Assembly (NCBI GenBank): GCA_000934665.2
Contig: JYFJ02001411.1
Location: 1 to 64,000, forward strand
DNA length: 64,000 nucleotides
Source of the DNA: Catajapyx aquilonaris
Taxonomy: Eukaryota
Reading direction: 5' to 3'
In this document: positions 1 to 13,400 of the stretch, one piece after another
Position numbering within the stretch: position 1 is the stretch's first letter
Layout of the letters: every line of letters starts with the position of its first letter
Program-made: the position numbers and the translations under genes
The notes under the pieces: model-generated
The model's input: the letters and a program-made list of their open reading frames with translations, nothing else
Database searches by the model: none
Told to the model about the DNA's origin: nothing

Positions 1-160
1 TCACTCGATTTGTAAACAGTGGCAACAATGGAAGCGCTCTCCATGTGCCGATGTTTGAATTGGCCCGCCGGACGGGGTTGCCAGGTAACGGGCTAAATAT
101 AAGCAGCTTATGCCGAATTTGTCAATAACTAAAACGACAAAAAAGTTTGATCACCCTGTA
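1..160. mobile_element. Right end of a probable Tc1/mariner-type non-autonomous element, truncated by the window start
   Basis: Ends in CACCCTG (152-158) followed by TA (159-160), the reverse complement of the TA|CAGGGTG terminus also seen at 40758-40766. The partner end is not in the window. Confidence 0.45.
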
Positions 161-1079
161 TATTATCCATGTTTCAAGAATTTGTTAAATATTTAGAGTA
201 ATTTGAATCTCATTTTAGATTGGCAACAGTTAGTAGTAATAAAACCACATACAATGTGAATTTTCTATTTTAAAATCCAACTGTCCAAAGTAAAATACCC
301 AATCATTTCACCACTGACTTTGAAAGTTCTAAAAATCAGCTTTCCAGTGGTACTATTTTTGTTACTGTACGAATTACGCAACTGGAACAATTTGTTTTCA
401 AAGTTTCAAGATTGCATTGTACATGCAAAATTTATTTACCTATTGCAAATACTCACTGATCATGAAGAGATAATTTAAATCAGAAACAAGTTTTGAAATC
501 AGCACGTTTTAAACCATAAGTGTAGCAATTTGTAGTACAAGTAATGTCAGAATGCTTAGGAAAAAAGAATTACAAGACAGTGCACCTTTCCCAACAATTT
601 AGCAAGGCTCTTTTCCCATTTATGACCAATATTTTGAAAAATTTATAACATTTGATCTAACTAAGATATGGACCTGAAATTTTGAGGATATCTCTTTTTT
701 AACATGTTCGGCAAATGCACTATTAATTTCCATCAAAATCTGAGATGGTTGGGACGTGGAATAACTCAGTCCCATTATCCCTATTGATGGTGTAAGTAAA
801 CAGTGACACCACTTCATTTACAGGTCACCTATTGCTCATGAAATAAAAACAATCAGAAATCCAGTGTAGAGACCAGTGGTGTAACCAAAGTGTTTCATTT
901 ATATTGACTATGCCGTTGGTTACTGAAACATAACTGGAATCAGTGGAAATATGAAAGTGACTCCAGCACCACTGTTGATGGATTTGAGAATTCATTGATT
1001 GAAAACAAAATATTGAGTGAAGTGATGCACTCTTACATTATTATACTGCTTTTACCTGATTGAAGGCTATATTACTTAC

Positions 1080-4000
1080 TTTGGGTTTGCTGTAGGGCAC
1101 ATGCAAGTCCATGGATCTTTTCCTTCCATGTTCATTACAGGCCGACGCTGTGCAGATGTATCATATAGTCTTATCTGTGAAAAAGGCACAAGTAACCTCA
1201 TTTGTTTGTAGATTTAGTGGGACAAGCCAAGGCAACTATGGCCATGAGATTATAAGAAAGCATGGTGGAAGGAAAGGAAAGGGAGAGAGCGGTCAGGTAG
1301 ATGGGGATAGAGGAGTAGGAGAACGTATCTCCCTTCCACCGTCTACTATGTCATAAAGACCTGTCTAGTTTGGGAGGAACTACCTCCCAAGGTTTTGAAA
1401 GCACAGAGATGTAGATACCACTGGAGTGGAGAGCAGGTGGGAAGAACCAGAAAAAACACTGTGTGACTTACTTGTGAATGTCGACCGCAAGTAGCAATGG
1501 TGTTACTGATGTTCAGGAATGCAATGTCAGACACCCAGATGGGGACTCGCAATTGCAGGGGGTTGAGTGGTACCTGATTTGAAATGTGTAATTTAATAAA
1601 AACTAACAGATATCCCATGGCAGGTTTTGAGACTCTTAGAGGATATTATTTTTAAATTTGATATTACAAGGCATTCCACTGGCTACTTCAGTCATTTCTT
1701 TAATCACTTTAACGCGAATGAAGATATCCCAATGAAATTTGAAATGAATTAATGTCCTTACGTGAGAAAGGTATATGACGAGGCTCCATATTTTGGAAGG
1801 TCCTGGCCACCATGTCCTGAGGCACTGATGTTTTTTTCCCCCCCCCCAAGGCTTCGATGGATCATGCTTTTTTTTGGTACACTCACCCTTTCAGATAGCC
1901 CCATACAAAGTAATCAGGTGGCATAAGATCAGGCTACAGTGGTAGCCAAAGGCCCTTCGAAATGATTCGGTCGCTGTAAAAGGACTGAATTTTGGCCATG
2001 CCCACGTGTGATGGGTAGCACATGTACCAAAACAAACCATGATCCATCAATGCCATGAAAGAAAACATCATCCAAAAAATTCAGGCAGTGCCTCAGGACA
2101 TGCTGGCTAGGACCTTCCAAAATATGGAGTGTCGAGTTCAGGCCTGCCTGGACACAAATGGTAGCCATTTCTGGCACATGTTGTGATACCTTTCCCTTTC
2201 TCAGAATCATAACGAGATTAGTTCAGTTCATATTTCATTGGGACATATTCATTCATGTTAACGTTATTAAAGAAAGGCTAGGTAAAGTCGCCAGTGGGAC
2301 ATTCTGTAGTTATTATTCATAACCTCAATGAGATGGAATTTAAAGGGAAGAAAATGACACCATCCCAAGAAAATCTATGTAAGCATAATAATCTTTCAGG
2401 ATTATGCTTCATAAATGTGATGACTATTGCCCCTCTCTTATGAGCATTACATAATTTATAAACTGACCCTCTGTGACACTAATCCCCAAAGATAGCTCCA
2501 CAATAGCAAGTTAGGCCTATGGTAGTCAAGAAATGCTTACATTTTTAGCCTGGAACACAGCATGTTCTGGAGCCTGCAGATCCCATATTTGCAGATCATT
2601 CTCCTTTCCACCCGTAGCAATGAGGTGACGGTCAATGCCACTCTGACGCATACGAGTAATGTTCTCACCATGCCGCAAGGCAAATATCTTCACGTCCTCC
2701 TCTTTTTCTGGATCATAGTATTGGATGTGCCCTGACTCAACAGCAGTCAGAACAGAACTGCAAAAAATGCAATGAAATAAAATCACACATCACCATGATA
2801 TTAAAAATAACATCTGCCCATACTCTAGGTTGAAGTAAAATGCTGGCACAAGCATTTATGGCCAAATTCCTCCACAAGGGGTCTAAAAGATATTACCCAA
2901 TTCACTAATGTTCTGCAAAATGTTCTGCCGTATTGAAACTGTTTCCATACTTAAAGGGACACTCCACTCAAAATACAAGTTGGCCCCCAAAAATCGGGGA
3001 AAAAATCCTGATTCCGAATGTGCAATCGGTTTTTTTCTACGCCCAACGGTAACACGGAAAATCATATATCTACACACGTCGTCTGCTAAGAAGGGCGATA
3101 CCTGGGCGATACAACACCATCCCGCGGCAAACCGGAGAAGTATAGCGCGCTCAGTAAACAACTGCCGCGCCAGGCGCGCTAGGCAACACTAGCGCGCCAG
3201 CTTCGAGCGCTTTCGAGCCGAACCTGATATGAAGGATGGCGGACCACAGAAAGGTCACTTATGAGGTCGGGTCTGTTAGTGCACCCGATGTTTCGGGAGA
3301 TATTCTGGGTCATACGGTTCGAATACGTTCAGGTTTGAATTCGCGGGCAGAGCTGAGCCTACTCCATTTCCCATTCCTGCCGACAGGCGGTGAGGGTGTC
3401 GTGAACAGTAGCATACGGTTGCAACCGTATCGCCAAAATACGCGTAATGAGCCGGTTCCGCTGGGGTCATCGTTCATCGGAAAAAATCATTATTGGTGTC
3501 GTTGGAATTGTTTTGTCCGATTTTTGGGGGCCAACTTGTATTTTGAGTGCAGTGTCCCTTTAAAGAATCATTCATTGGGTGCAGTCGATTATCTCTCAGC
3601 TATTACAAGTTGCGAACTCAACAAACAAATGCTAATGAGCTGGGAAGCCTCTAAGTGATGCACACTGTGCTTCAAGTATAGATGGCAAGCTATTTTTTTA
3701 CACTTTACCCTGTAGTTAGTTTACTAGAGAATGTGGATCTAACATTATGTTACATAACTAAATCTCTTGTGTTGCCAGTAACTAGACAAATCTAATCTCT
3801 GTAACACTGGCTTCACAACATCCCATGCACAATACCCACTCTCTCCAGACTCCAAGTCCACATATGGCTCCAGTGCCTTCCTCCACCTTCACGTTCCTGA
3901 CGAATGCCTGCGCCCTAGTATCAAAAACCCTCAGGTTCCTGCTCTTGAGTCCCAGCAGCAGCTCCTCCTCCCCGCTGTCCCTCCACAGCATGCACGTGAT

Positions 4001-4403
4001 CTCCTGCTGCCTGCACGCCTGAATGGTGGGTGAATTCACCGACGCATTCACATACGATGCCCTGTTCCGATCCAGGCACGTCGCTGGTGTGGCAGTACCG
4101 GGAACAAATACCACATATTAATGGCCTGCGAAAACAACGCCCATCACCCAACATATTATGCTCTAGGTGCAAGGTTTTCAAGGGTGGTCTCTATGTGGAT
4201 GCCGGGGGAGGGGTTGAGCACATGGCCTGAGTCGCTTCTGGCTGGATGCGAGGCTGGCCATGACCTGCGCAAGGGTGCACCCTCCCCATGGCCCATGGGC
4301 ACTCCCCTCGCGCTACCCAGGGCAGCATTTTACCTTTCAAGACACCGGTTTCAGTCCCCACGTAAAGGTTCGACCACATGTCTGGCGATTTCTTGACAGC
4401 CAT
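1080..4403 (-). CDS. WDR74: WD repeat-containing protein 74 (NSA1 homolog, pre-60S biogenesis factor); 5 exons visible, 3' exons lie beyond the window start
   Basis: Exons 4403-4334 (MAVKKSPDMWSNLYVGTETGVLK), 4083-3840, 2757-2541 (RMRQ..IATGGKENDLQIWDL..VFQAKN), 1573-1472 (LQLRVPIWVSDIAFL) and 1174-1080 (IRLYDTSAQRRPV). All introns are GT-AG with consistent phases. Motifs match recalled WDR74 motifs VGTETGILKG, ATGGKENALKIWDL, LRVPIW and QRRPV. Confidence 0.9.
1667..2306. mobile_element. Fold-back Tc1/mariner-superfamily MITE in WDR74 intron 3 (family copy 1)
   Basis: Flanked by TA (1665-1666, 2307-2308) with degenerate inverted ends. The minus strand near 1870-1950 reads WLPL*PDLMPPDYFVWGYLKG*VY (decayed WPPxSPDL..DY/F..WGYLK transposase motif). 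The plus strand near 2090-2185 reads VPQDMLARTFQNMECRVQACLDTNGSHFWHML*. Homologous to 40760-41465. Confidence 0.8.
2955..3559. mobile_element. Non-autonomous DNA transposon with TTAA target duplication and AG...CT termini (Kolobok-like), in WDR74 intron 2
   Basis: TTAA at 2951-2954 and 3560-3563. 43-bp terminal inverted repeats AGGGACACT(C/G)CACTCAAAATACAAGTTGGCCCCCAAAAATCGG with one mismatch. CpG-rich interior with no recognisable ORF. Confidence 0.85.
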
Positions 4404-4635
4404 CTTTGATGCAGTACGCAATGGCGCCTGAAAAAATCGGACGGACATGTTGGCACAGGCTCTGTCTGCCATATCTTATCATCCATGCCGTTGATGCAAT
4501 GCGGCAATTTCAAACCCGTTCAAACTCATGAAAAGGGTGCCTCGTAGATCACATCCATGATAGTCATGATAGTAGATGGGCAACGGAAAAGTACGTTACT
4601 GAGCAACAACTGGGTAATCAACGGGCTGGAAAAAG
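4404..4635. promoter_or_regulatory. Probable bidirectional promoter and 5' UTRs shared by WDR74 and the SPATA17-like gene
   Basis: Divergent start codons at 4403 (minus) and 4636 (plus) are separated by only 232 bp. Confidence 0.65.
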
Positions 4636-6287
4636 ATGGCTACCATTCAGTGGATGGTGAACGAGGCAGACAATTTTATCAATGTCATTAAGCACTGGGG
4701 CAGGTAAGCTTCGTGAAAACTTAATTACTTATCTTACTTCCACAATTTATTTAGGAAGCATTAAAAGGATCGTATGAATTACAGAGAGTACAAAGCAAAG
4801 TTTGCACCTCTTGCTGAGATTATGTATACAGCGCTGCAGTGTTCCAATAATCAGGGTAGTTAGCTGTATTTAGATAGTTGTACGGTTTATAAACTGTAAA
4901 ATGCCCTTCTGGCTTGAATTTTTTAAAACAAGTTTAGGCTCATTTAGAAGGCTATCAAAACTCGCCTGTAGTGACTATACATGAGTATGGTAACTGATCC
5001 CTTAGAATTTAGGCAGCATTGTATACGTTTAAAAAGTCACAAATTGACCAAAACTTTAGTATTCTGAGTTACTGACACATCTGGTACTTACTGTTATCAT
5101 TTGAAGACAAGCAGAAAAGAGGCGGATAGAGGAATACCAGTCAGCACGTAAAATTCAATGCTGGTTGCGATACGTCAGGAACCGCAGCAGCATGATAGTG
5201 ATGACCCAGAGTGCCATCATAATTCAGGCATCATGGAGGTCTTTCCTTGCAAGGCAAATTTTCCGAAAGCGGCTTCAGGTACAACCCACTCAATTTGCAT
5301 GTGATCATGATTTACTTATACTACTTTTGTCATGCAGGCCAAGTACCAGAGCATGTGCCTCGCTCACTATGACCTGCACGCTACAGCAGTGCAAACGATT
5401 TGGCGAGGATACATCAGTCGGAAAGTTGTTTTTGATTACTATAGACTGAAGAAATTCTGCCGTGATGCAGTAGCTCAGAACCAGATACAAATGGAAGCAG
5501 CTGAGGTATGTATATTGTCACAGAATGGAAACAGCCACTTCACACATGCTTTATATGGCACAGGCATACCGCCCCTTACCCACCAGTGAGAGCCAAGCAC
5601 GAAGAGTGCCACCAAGAAAAGAGCATCATCTTCTGCGTACATTCCACATACCGGGAATATACAGCTTACGTGCCTCAAGGTACTGTACAGTTCTCCCAAT
5701 AATAAAATTGATCAAATTGGTTTCTCTGACATGCAACTTTTGCACTGTATTTCAGTTGTAATTATGGTATAGCAACAACAAATTCTGAGACAAATACGCT
5801 CACCTTTCATTCCAGGGTGCTTTCAGAGCTAGAAAAAAGGCTCAAGTCACACAAGTTCTACTTCCGTCACATCCAACGACGTCCGTCACCACCACCACCA
5901 CCATACACCAAGTCACAGGGACCTTTCCAACCAGTACATGAAGTTCAGAAGCAACGCAACAAAGCTTTCCGCCCAACTCTGGCTATGCAGGTCCCCTACA
6001 ACAATCAGGTGATGGCACAAAAAGAGGAGAAAGACAGAGAGTGGGCTCTGCGTCTGCATGATGACAGATTCATTTGTGGGGTCCTAGCCCGAGAAAAGTA
6101 TGACCGACTTATCAGCACCCAGGGAAAGTACGGTCTGCCCAAGTATGGGCGCCTGTATTTCAGAGAGCCTGCCGACCCATCAAAAAAAATGTCCCCACAA
6201 GACTTCAAATCCCAGGTTCCTCATATCTCACTGTTCGAGCTGCTTAACACGGAGTACCCAGGGTACCCACTGAGAAAGGGATTTTAA
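4636..6287 (+). CDS. SPATA17: Spermatogenesis-associated protein 17-like IQ-motif protein, about 331 aa, 5 exons
   Basis: Exons 4636-4703, 5107-5278, 5338-5505, 5564-5679 and 5816-6287 join in frame (996 nt, GT-AG introns). Three IQ-like motifs (IQCWLR, IQASWRSF, VQTIWRGY) plus HHLLRTFHIPGIY, QGPF..EVQKQR..PTL and DFKS..LF, colinear with recalled SPATA17. Confidence 0.82.
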
Positions 6288-7421
6288 GGAAATGCTGTGT
6301 AATCAAAACTTTGCATTTGACATACTGAATATCTTGCAGAAGGAAATATAACCTTGCAATATATTGTGTAAACTTTTGTGGAATTGACTGGATCAACACG
6401 TAACCAAGCACGTCATAATATTCGGCACTACAGAGCACGGTAACATCTCCAGTGGAGTTTCTCTGTGATACTACTAACTGTAAGTTGATTTGCGCTAAAC
6501 ACCGTAGACATCTACTAGTAGCCCTCATAAAATGCATTTTACCTGGTTTCAAACTCAATTTTAAAACTACATTCAGCAAGGTACACCTTTTAGCATCTTT
6601 TTGCGTCTACTCACAACAGCAGCAATTGCAATTCCCATCTTTTGTGGCAATAATGAATACACACAGTAACAAATTAATTAATGCTTCTTTTTATTATTTA
6701 CAGTCTAAAAAAGGGTTAGGTATGGATTGTGGAAGTGTTAGGAAATTTTGGTTAATGCCACTGGGGAATAAATTAGGCATGCAGTACTATTGCAGGCATG
6801 GCTATAATTACATGGGTCAGATGTAGAAGGGGGAAATGGGTTATGCAGAATGTAATGGTGTACTGGTATGTCAAGAGTGATTACAATGAGCACACTGCAC
6901 AGGTTTCAAGGTGACGACTTCAATGCTGATGGTTCATATTTCAAGTGTTGCCATAACAACGCTTCATAATACTGGTAGTGTAACGAGTTGGTGGGTCGAG
7001 ATCATACCAAATTTTTGCACCACCAGAGCAAAGACCAATTGAAGTGTTCTGGGAAGTAAAGCAATAGCTCCCCCCTTTTTTCACATTACATGTGAAAGTT
7101 TGAGTTACAGAAATATCTGGACACCTGCTTTCTACTAATCTTTTTGCCATCCAAGATACTTATTGGATATGCCCACATAGACCTGGTTTTTCCACAAATT
7201 GCTTTTCATAGATTTGGGGGCAGGGGGGACTATTTTGAATAGGTGTCAGGCAATCTTCAAAAAGATTTCCTATTACATTATTTAAGATTCCTTTCACACC
7301 AAGAGAGATCAGTGTTCCCATATCCAAACATCAAAACATGAACCAACTCAGCATGCAACTCAAACCTGTGCAAATGCAGTGGCAACTGGGGATAACTGAC
7401 GTGCATTCTTGGGATGACTAG

Positions 7422-10400
7422 TTAACTGTCCGCACGCCCGCCCTGCAACTTCCCCACTACATGCCGCACCCATCCACATGGTCTTGCTGCCAGACCACTG
7501 CACATGTCAGGCAGTGGTGCCTCCACTACAGTGTTGAGTGTTGAAGTCGAATGCTGGGAGCTCGTCTCACTCTCGTCCTCTCTTCGGGGTTCGAAAGACC
7601 TCAGCCTACGAAGTGACTCAGGTTTGACTGGAACAGGTGGAGGTATCTTTGGACGTTGAATGACTGGTGGTGCATCATTGTCATCATGGTCACTGAAGAT
7701 GGCACTGTCACGGAAGACCTCAGTGTCAGGGACAGACTCGATGGCATCAAATGTCTTCTCATATATGCTGTCAGTTGAACCAGTGCTAGCATTACTGCTG
7801 TCCTCTGCCACTGTTTCTGGTACCACTAGAGTACGTTCATCACTCGAAGTTGTAACATTAGAAGAGAGTGACAAAAGTGAATCAGGTCTTATCTCACGAG
7901 AGGGCGAGCGTCGCACGTGTGGGACAGCATACTCAGATGTTTTAGTACAATGTGCAATGCGTGCACCAAGTCCAGAACTGCCTTGCTTGTACGTTGGCAC
8001 CTCAGCTTCCTCACCCCGAAAACGCATCCTTAACGAACGACGGATTGATGGAACAAAGCGACGTCGAGGTGTGTCCGACTCAGTATCTGATGGTAGGTTT
8101 CCCAATGAACCAAACTGACGCAACTTATTTCCAACTGTCGCAAGCACATTCCTAAGAGCACCACGTGATGGTGATGACACACGATATATCTTGTGATCAG
8201 GATGCACTGAATTTAGGTCGTCAACTGATCCAGCATATTCAGTGGTGCTGTCCTCTTCTGTCTCAGGCTCAGGAAAGCGATTGGTTCCAGTTCGATCACG
8301 GTTTGCTTGAATATATTGCTCTATGGAGTCAAAGTCAATCTCAACACGATCATTTGCTTGAGGCTTATCCGATGCAATTGTCAAAGGTCGTGGTGACCCA
8401 CCCCGTTCCACTACATTAGCATGGAAGCTGCGTGGTAGTGACCCACATCGCTTGGCTCCCATAGGCAAATGTTCACCTTGCAATCGCAGCCAAACAGCAG
8501 GTGCAGTTGGTGGCTCAGACTTTGTGCCCCACACATTCGCAAGATTGTCATAATTGGGACGTTCTGGGGTGTCCTCATTCTCAGTGTCGGTTCCGGACTC
8601 ACCATTCCTTGCCTGCCTGACCATGGCACGCCTCATGCTGGCGAGTCTCTGTTTGGTGAGTATCCGTTGGAATTCCATGTTCTGCATCACTATTTGGCCA
8701 ACAAGCTCCTCCAGGTTCTCAGGGTCATCTGTTCCATTTGTTACCTGATTGTCATCCTCAACCTCACTTTGTACTGTGTTTTCAACCTCTGACTCAGCTT
8801 GACTTGGTGGCCTCTCAGACTCGCCTGATGAGTGCCTGGAGCGTCGCTGTTGTGCGGTGGCCATTTTTGGGCTGCTTGGAGTTTGCTTACGTCCTCGTCG
8901 AAGCCTGGAGCGGAGGCTGGACTCAGATTTGCGTCTCTCCCTCTCCTGCTTCCGCCTCTCCAGGTACTCTGGGGCAGAGTGTTGGCGCTTGGGGGAGGAA
9001 GATTTCTCCAGGAGGCTGTTGGCATCCTCAGGTCGGTTTTGTCCCAGCTGCATCACCAATTGACGGGCATGAACAGGGATGACTGCATTGTAGTTCTCAA
9101 GGATAACTCGCTTCAGCTGAAGAGTCCATTCACGTTTGTGTTCCAGATTACGTGCCTAAAATAATCAATAATGTACTCAGTGACACAATCATATTGCAAC
9201 TTATCGATAATCATAGAATTATATCTTATCAATGGATGTGGCATGAGACGGACAGGAAAGGTGAGATAACATATACAATAATAACTCCATAGCGTAACAG
9301 CTGGATATGCCAAGGTGTTATTTCTCCTCACTTACAGCATACACTGCCTACTGACAAAGTCACTAGAATAATGCAATTACTCATCACTGCATCAAGAAGA
9401 GAGGCTAAATTAAACACTCCGAGTGAATTGCATTTCTTAATAAGAGAGACCATGTTATGAGCAGAAGGCAATTTTTTAAAAATAATAAAATGTCGCATAA
9501 CTTACCTGAAGAGTGTACTGGAAGCGTGGATTGTCAAATGGAATCACATGAAAACTCAGCGGTTCCCCTTCGATTGTCTCAATGAGCATCAGATTTGAAC
9601 ACTGTGGATGAGCACCAATGCAATGATTTGTTCAGTGAAAAGTTTGGAGGCGAGGCAATTGTATTTACCATTATATGTGCTTTGTAGCTGAGGATCCCAT
9701 CTTCCTTTTTCTTGGAAATGAGTAGCATCTTGTCAAACAGAAAGACATGCCTCAGAGCTTTTGCACCACAAAGGCGGAAAGTGCCTTCTGCGCACAGTTC
9801 CCCAAAGGTTGTCAAATCCTTGCCCTGTTGTAAGATTTTAAAACATTACATTTATTACTTGGGACATTTTTAGGAGAATAAGAAATGTACACTCTCTTAT
9901 TTAAAATTTTCACATGTTGCATATTTCAAAATATTAATCAAATAGAAGCAAATAGAAATTAACACTTTTAAAATCCATGTACTTCTTTTTAACCCACTAT
10001 TACAACATGTTGGTCCATATTGTCATATGTAATTTCTATACCGTCAAACTGCAACATAATCTTAAGCAACACAATCGGACAAAAGCACAGACCAAAGCAG
10101 GAGAAAAGCTGTAAGATATCATTCATACCTCCCAACCATAGAGCAGGCTCTGGATTTCCTGTACTCTCACAGCATGCTCATGCCTCCGTTTCATCTCGTT
10201 GATGTGATGTGCCATACCAGTCATCGTGTTGAGAGCATGCAGAATGTCCTCATGACCCTCCACATCACAATCATGATGCTTCACAATGTTCTGTAGCAGC
10301 AAGTGGTACTTGAGCACCCTCTGCACTGGTTTTAACAAAAAGGAGCCCAAAGGAAGAGTGTGCTGCAGTGCAGCCTGTCTCTCTCTGAATGCCCTGGATG

Positions 10401-13400
10401 ATGTCTCTGCTCGCATCAAGTCAGTCAGGACAGAGACAGTTTGTGGGTAGTTGGTGCAATACTCCGTGTAGATGGTGAATCCCTCATTGTTCTCCACAAA
10501 ACACCTGGCCACCTTCACAGGGTCCATCCCACATTGCTCCAGCTCCTGGAGGAATCCAGAATTAAACAGGTGGATTTCTTCGATGTTGCCAAACAGCTCC
10601 CGGAGCTGGTCTGGGGTCATGTCACCCGGTGGATCATCCCTCCATCGCCACAAGTACCCCCGGATGACCTGGTCAAGATCGCGCACATACACGCTCTCTG
10701 TGTCCACTATCTCCATCACTACCCGGTCCATGTAGCTCAAGTGGGAATCACAGTAACGAGGACGGCTTACAGGTGGGGTCGGGCGTGCCAGATCCTCCCC
10801 ACCTTTGATGGGGTTTTCCTCCTCAACATCATTTTTCAGGCAGCGGCGCTTCTGGTTGAGTTTGCGTGCCATTGAGGATGACAAGGAAGATGAAGACGAT
10901 GCAGCGCTCGAAGAAGACGAAGCACATGACGACGATGATGAGGATGAAGTTGTGGATGAGAAGGATGACTTGTGGCTGATGGGTCGTGGTGGGGGTGGTG
11001 GATTATTTGGTCTGGGTGGTTCCTCCAGAGGCTTGGTGCACTCTGGAGGTGGCGGGATTATCGGGGAGTCTGAGATCGATTCCTGCTTGGCACGGGCGAT
11101 CAGCGAGTCGTACATGTTGAGCAGAGTCGGCACCAGGTCGGTGGAGGTGCCTGAAGAGGAAAATATTGTTAAGAATGTGACAAGCTAGATAAAATTGAGA
11201 ATTACTATCAGAGTTGGATAGCTCTTCCTGGAACCTTGACGTGTCTTTGTGTGCATAAAACTCCAACCTTATCGAAATTTGATAACTGTACATACAATGG
11301 ACAAATAAATTGCAAGTAAAAAAATTTATAGGTGCACAGTCATGGTGTAAATTGCATTCACTCATGAAAGTCAGGCCTGTGCCCGTAAATGGGACAGGAG
11401 TGTGGGATGATCCAATTAACATGCTGGATGCCAGCTTGCATCACAGAAAGAAAAAAAGAAAAAAACCTGTTTCATTACAACAAAGTGCTCGCATGCAGTG
11501 AAAACTTTTCTTTTATGGGCTATTGAATGCCAAAATTCCCCAGGTCACCATCACAATGTGCTCCAGACTGTACCTTTCATTTCACTTAATACAATTTATC
11601 AACAGTTTTGTTGTGATGTATTTGTTGACTACTTGTGATTACCTATCAACCAATGCTTGAAGTCAAGGCTGCAAACTTGAGGTGTCACATTATTCTTACT
11701 ACAGCTTTAAACACTAAAAATCACACCTTAGAAATGAAAATGACGTCAACAATCCAGTGCTAATTGTCCATAATTATGGATAGGTACATTTTTCGCTTTC
11801 AAGTGAGACAACTCCAAACATGATTTCAAGTCACAGATGAAGTAATATGTGTGCGAGAACAGGTTAATAGCGACATTACAGGCTCTATTAGTGGTCATGA
11901 ACAAAACTCGGTCCCAAATTACTGGTTTCACGCTGCACCTAAATTGCACACTAATATTCAGGCTGTGCTTTTTTTTTGCAAAGGGCGATGGATGACTCAC
12001 GCTTTCAATGGTACCTCTTGGCATTCCAAGTGGCGCCAATGGGCGCCCCTGGTTATATTTTATCTACATTTCTCTTTAAAAATACATGTCGGCTTCAGTA
12101 AGTACTCCCTAGCCAGACTGTCAGTCAAAATATACAGTACGTTAAATACACTCCATCTCTTTTTCAGCATCCACTCTTTGCCCTGTGCTCTACTTGACCT
12201 TATTAGCCGCCCAACACAAAACGCCATTCTTGTGGGCCACAAAAAATAAAAAAGGGGCGGGCCAATCCATCAAGAGTGAAAGGACTGAAAGGCAGCGGCC
12301 GCAATCAGAAATCCGCCTCTCAATCCTCTGTACGACTGTTTCAAAAAAACACCCAGAGGAACATTCAAATCCTGGGTCGAAAACCTACACTGTCCAGAGT
12401 GTGTTTCCCACTCGAAGAAATCCAAGGAAGCTTCCATGGCGTCTGCTGGTTGCTGGACCACTTCCCACATCCTTCAGCAGCCTCCGGTTTTACGTGCAGC
12501 AGGGACCATTGGCCCTCGACCCTCTTGGTAGGGCCCTCCACCACCAACTGCCACCCTTCTTCTTCATCATCATACCCAGGTCGTCATCCGGGAGCCAGCG
12601 GACAGATACCGAGGAGGAAAGGGGGGGTCCAGATTTTTGTGAATGGAGGCCCACTCCCATCTGGCACGCCCCAAGGCTGATGGACCGACTGGTTCCCCAT
12701 CTTATACCACATACATGAGGGGCGTATCCGGCCGAGACCGGTCTCCCTCCTTCAAAGGGCCACCCTCCAAAATGTTCCTTCTGCATGATAAGGGGAGTTG
12801 CAACCGTTCAGAAAGGAGTGGGGGAGAGAAAATGGTCTTGGTTTGCATCAGAGCATAGAACCACCCACGTCTCAAGACCCGGGTTTTATTTCCAAGGGGG
12901 ACACCCTCCATGTGTGGTTTGACAGTCCGTGCTGTGTGACGGATCTGATCGCCGAATCTGACACTTGCAAACATTGATATGTCGCAAATTGTATTGGTTG
13001 TACCGCATCGGGGTGACACTTCCACGCCCTGATGTCGCATTTGCATATGCTGGCCCAGGCGGTAATTAATCAAAGGAGGGGGTCATGGGTGTGAGGTTTC
13101 ATCTCCGCCGGATCCGACGGGTTGAAGGCCTCAGTCATGTCGAGAGAAGGCAGGAAGAAATTCTTTTCCTCGCAAGACTGGGTTTCAACCAATCATTATT
13201 GCGCGCGCGCATTATCCCAGGCCCTCCATGCCTCATAGGCTTTTTCTTGCAAAAGTCAATGACTTCCTGATTGTTTATTCCGATCAGCTGGTCCGCAGCT
13301 TCACAGCCCTTCGCAAGAGTACCGGCAATCCAACCTGCTTTAATTGCTCAGCCTCAGGTTCGTGCACCACACACATGCACACATTCCGAACCAGTGAGTC

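Noticed and set aside
600..1079. Next WDR74 exon
   Set aside because: The candidate acceptors give stops or no WD40 similarity. The remaining exons probably lie upstream of position 1.
2883..3658. ORFs within the TTAA element as a transposase
   Set aside because: They are short and motif-free, and the shared peptide RFLGANLYFE simply reflects translation of the two TIRs.
10805..11188. Plus-strand Asp/Glu/Gly-rich ORF
   Set aside because: It is the antisense shadow of the Ser/Pro-rich RhoGEF exon. The same applies to most plus-strand ORFs over the RhoGEF and RyR exons.
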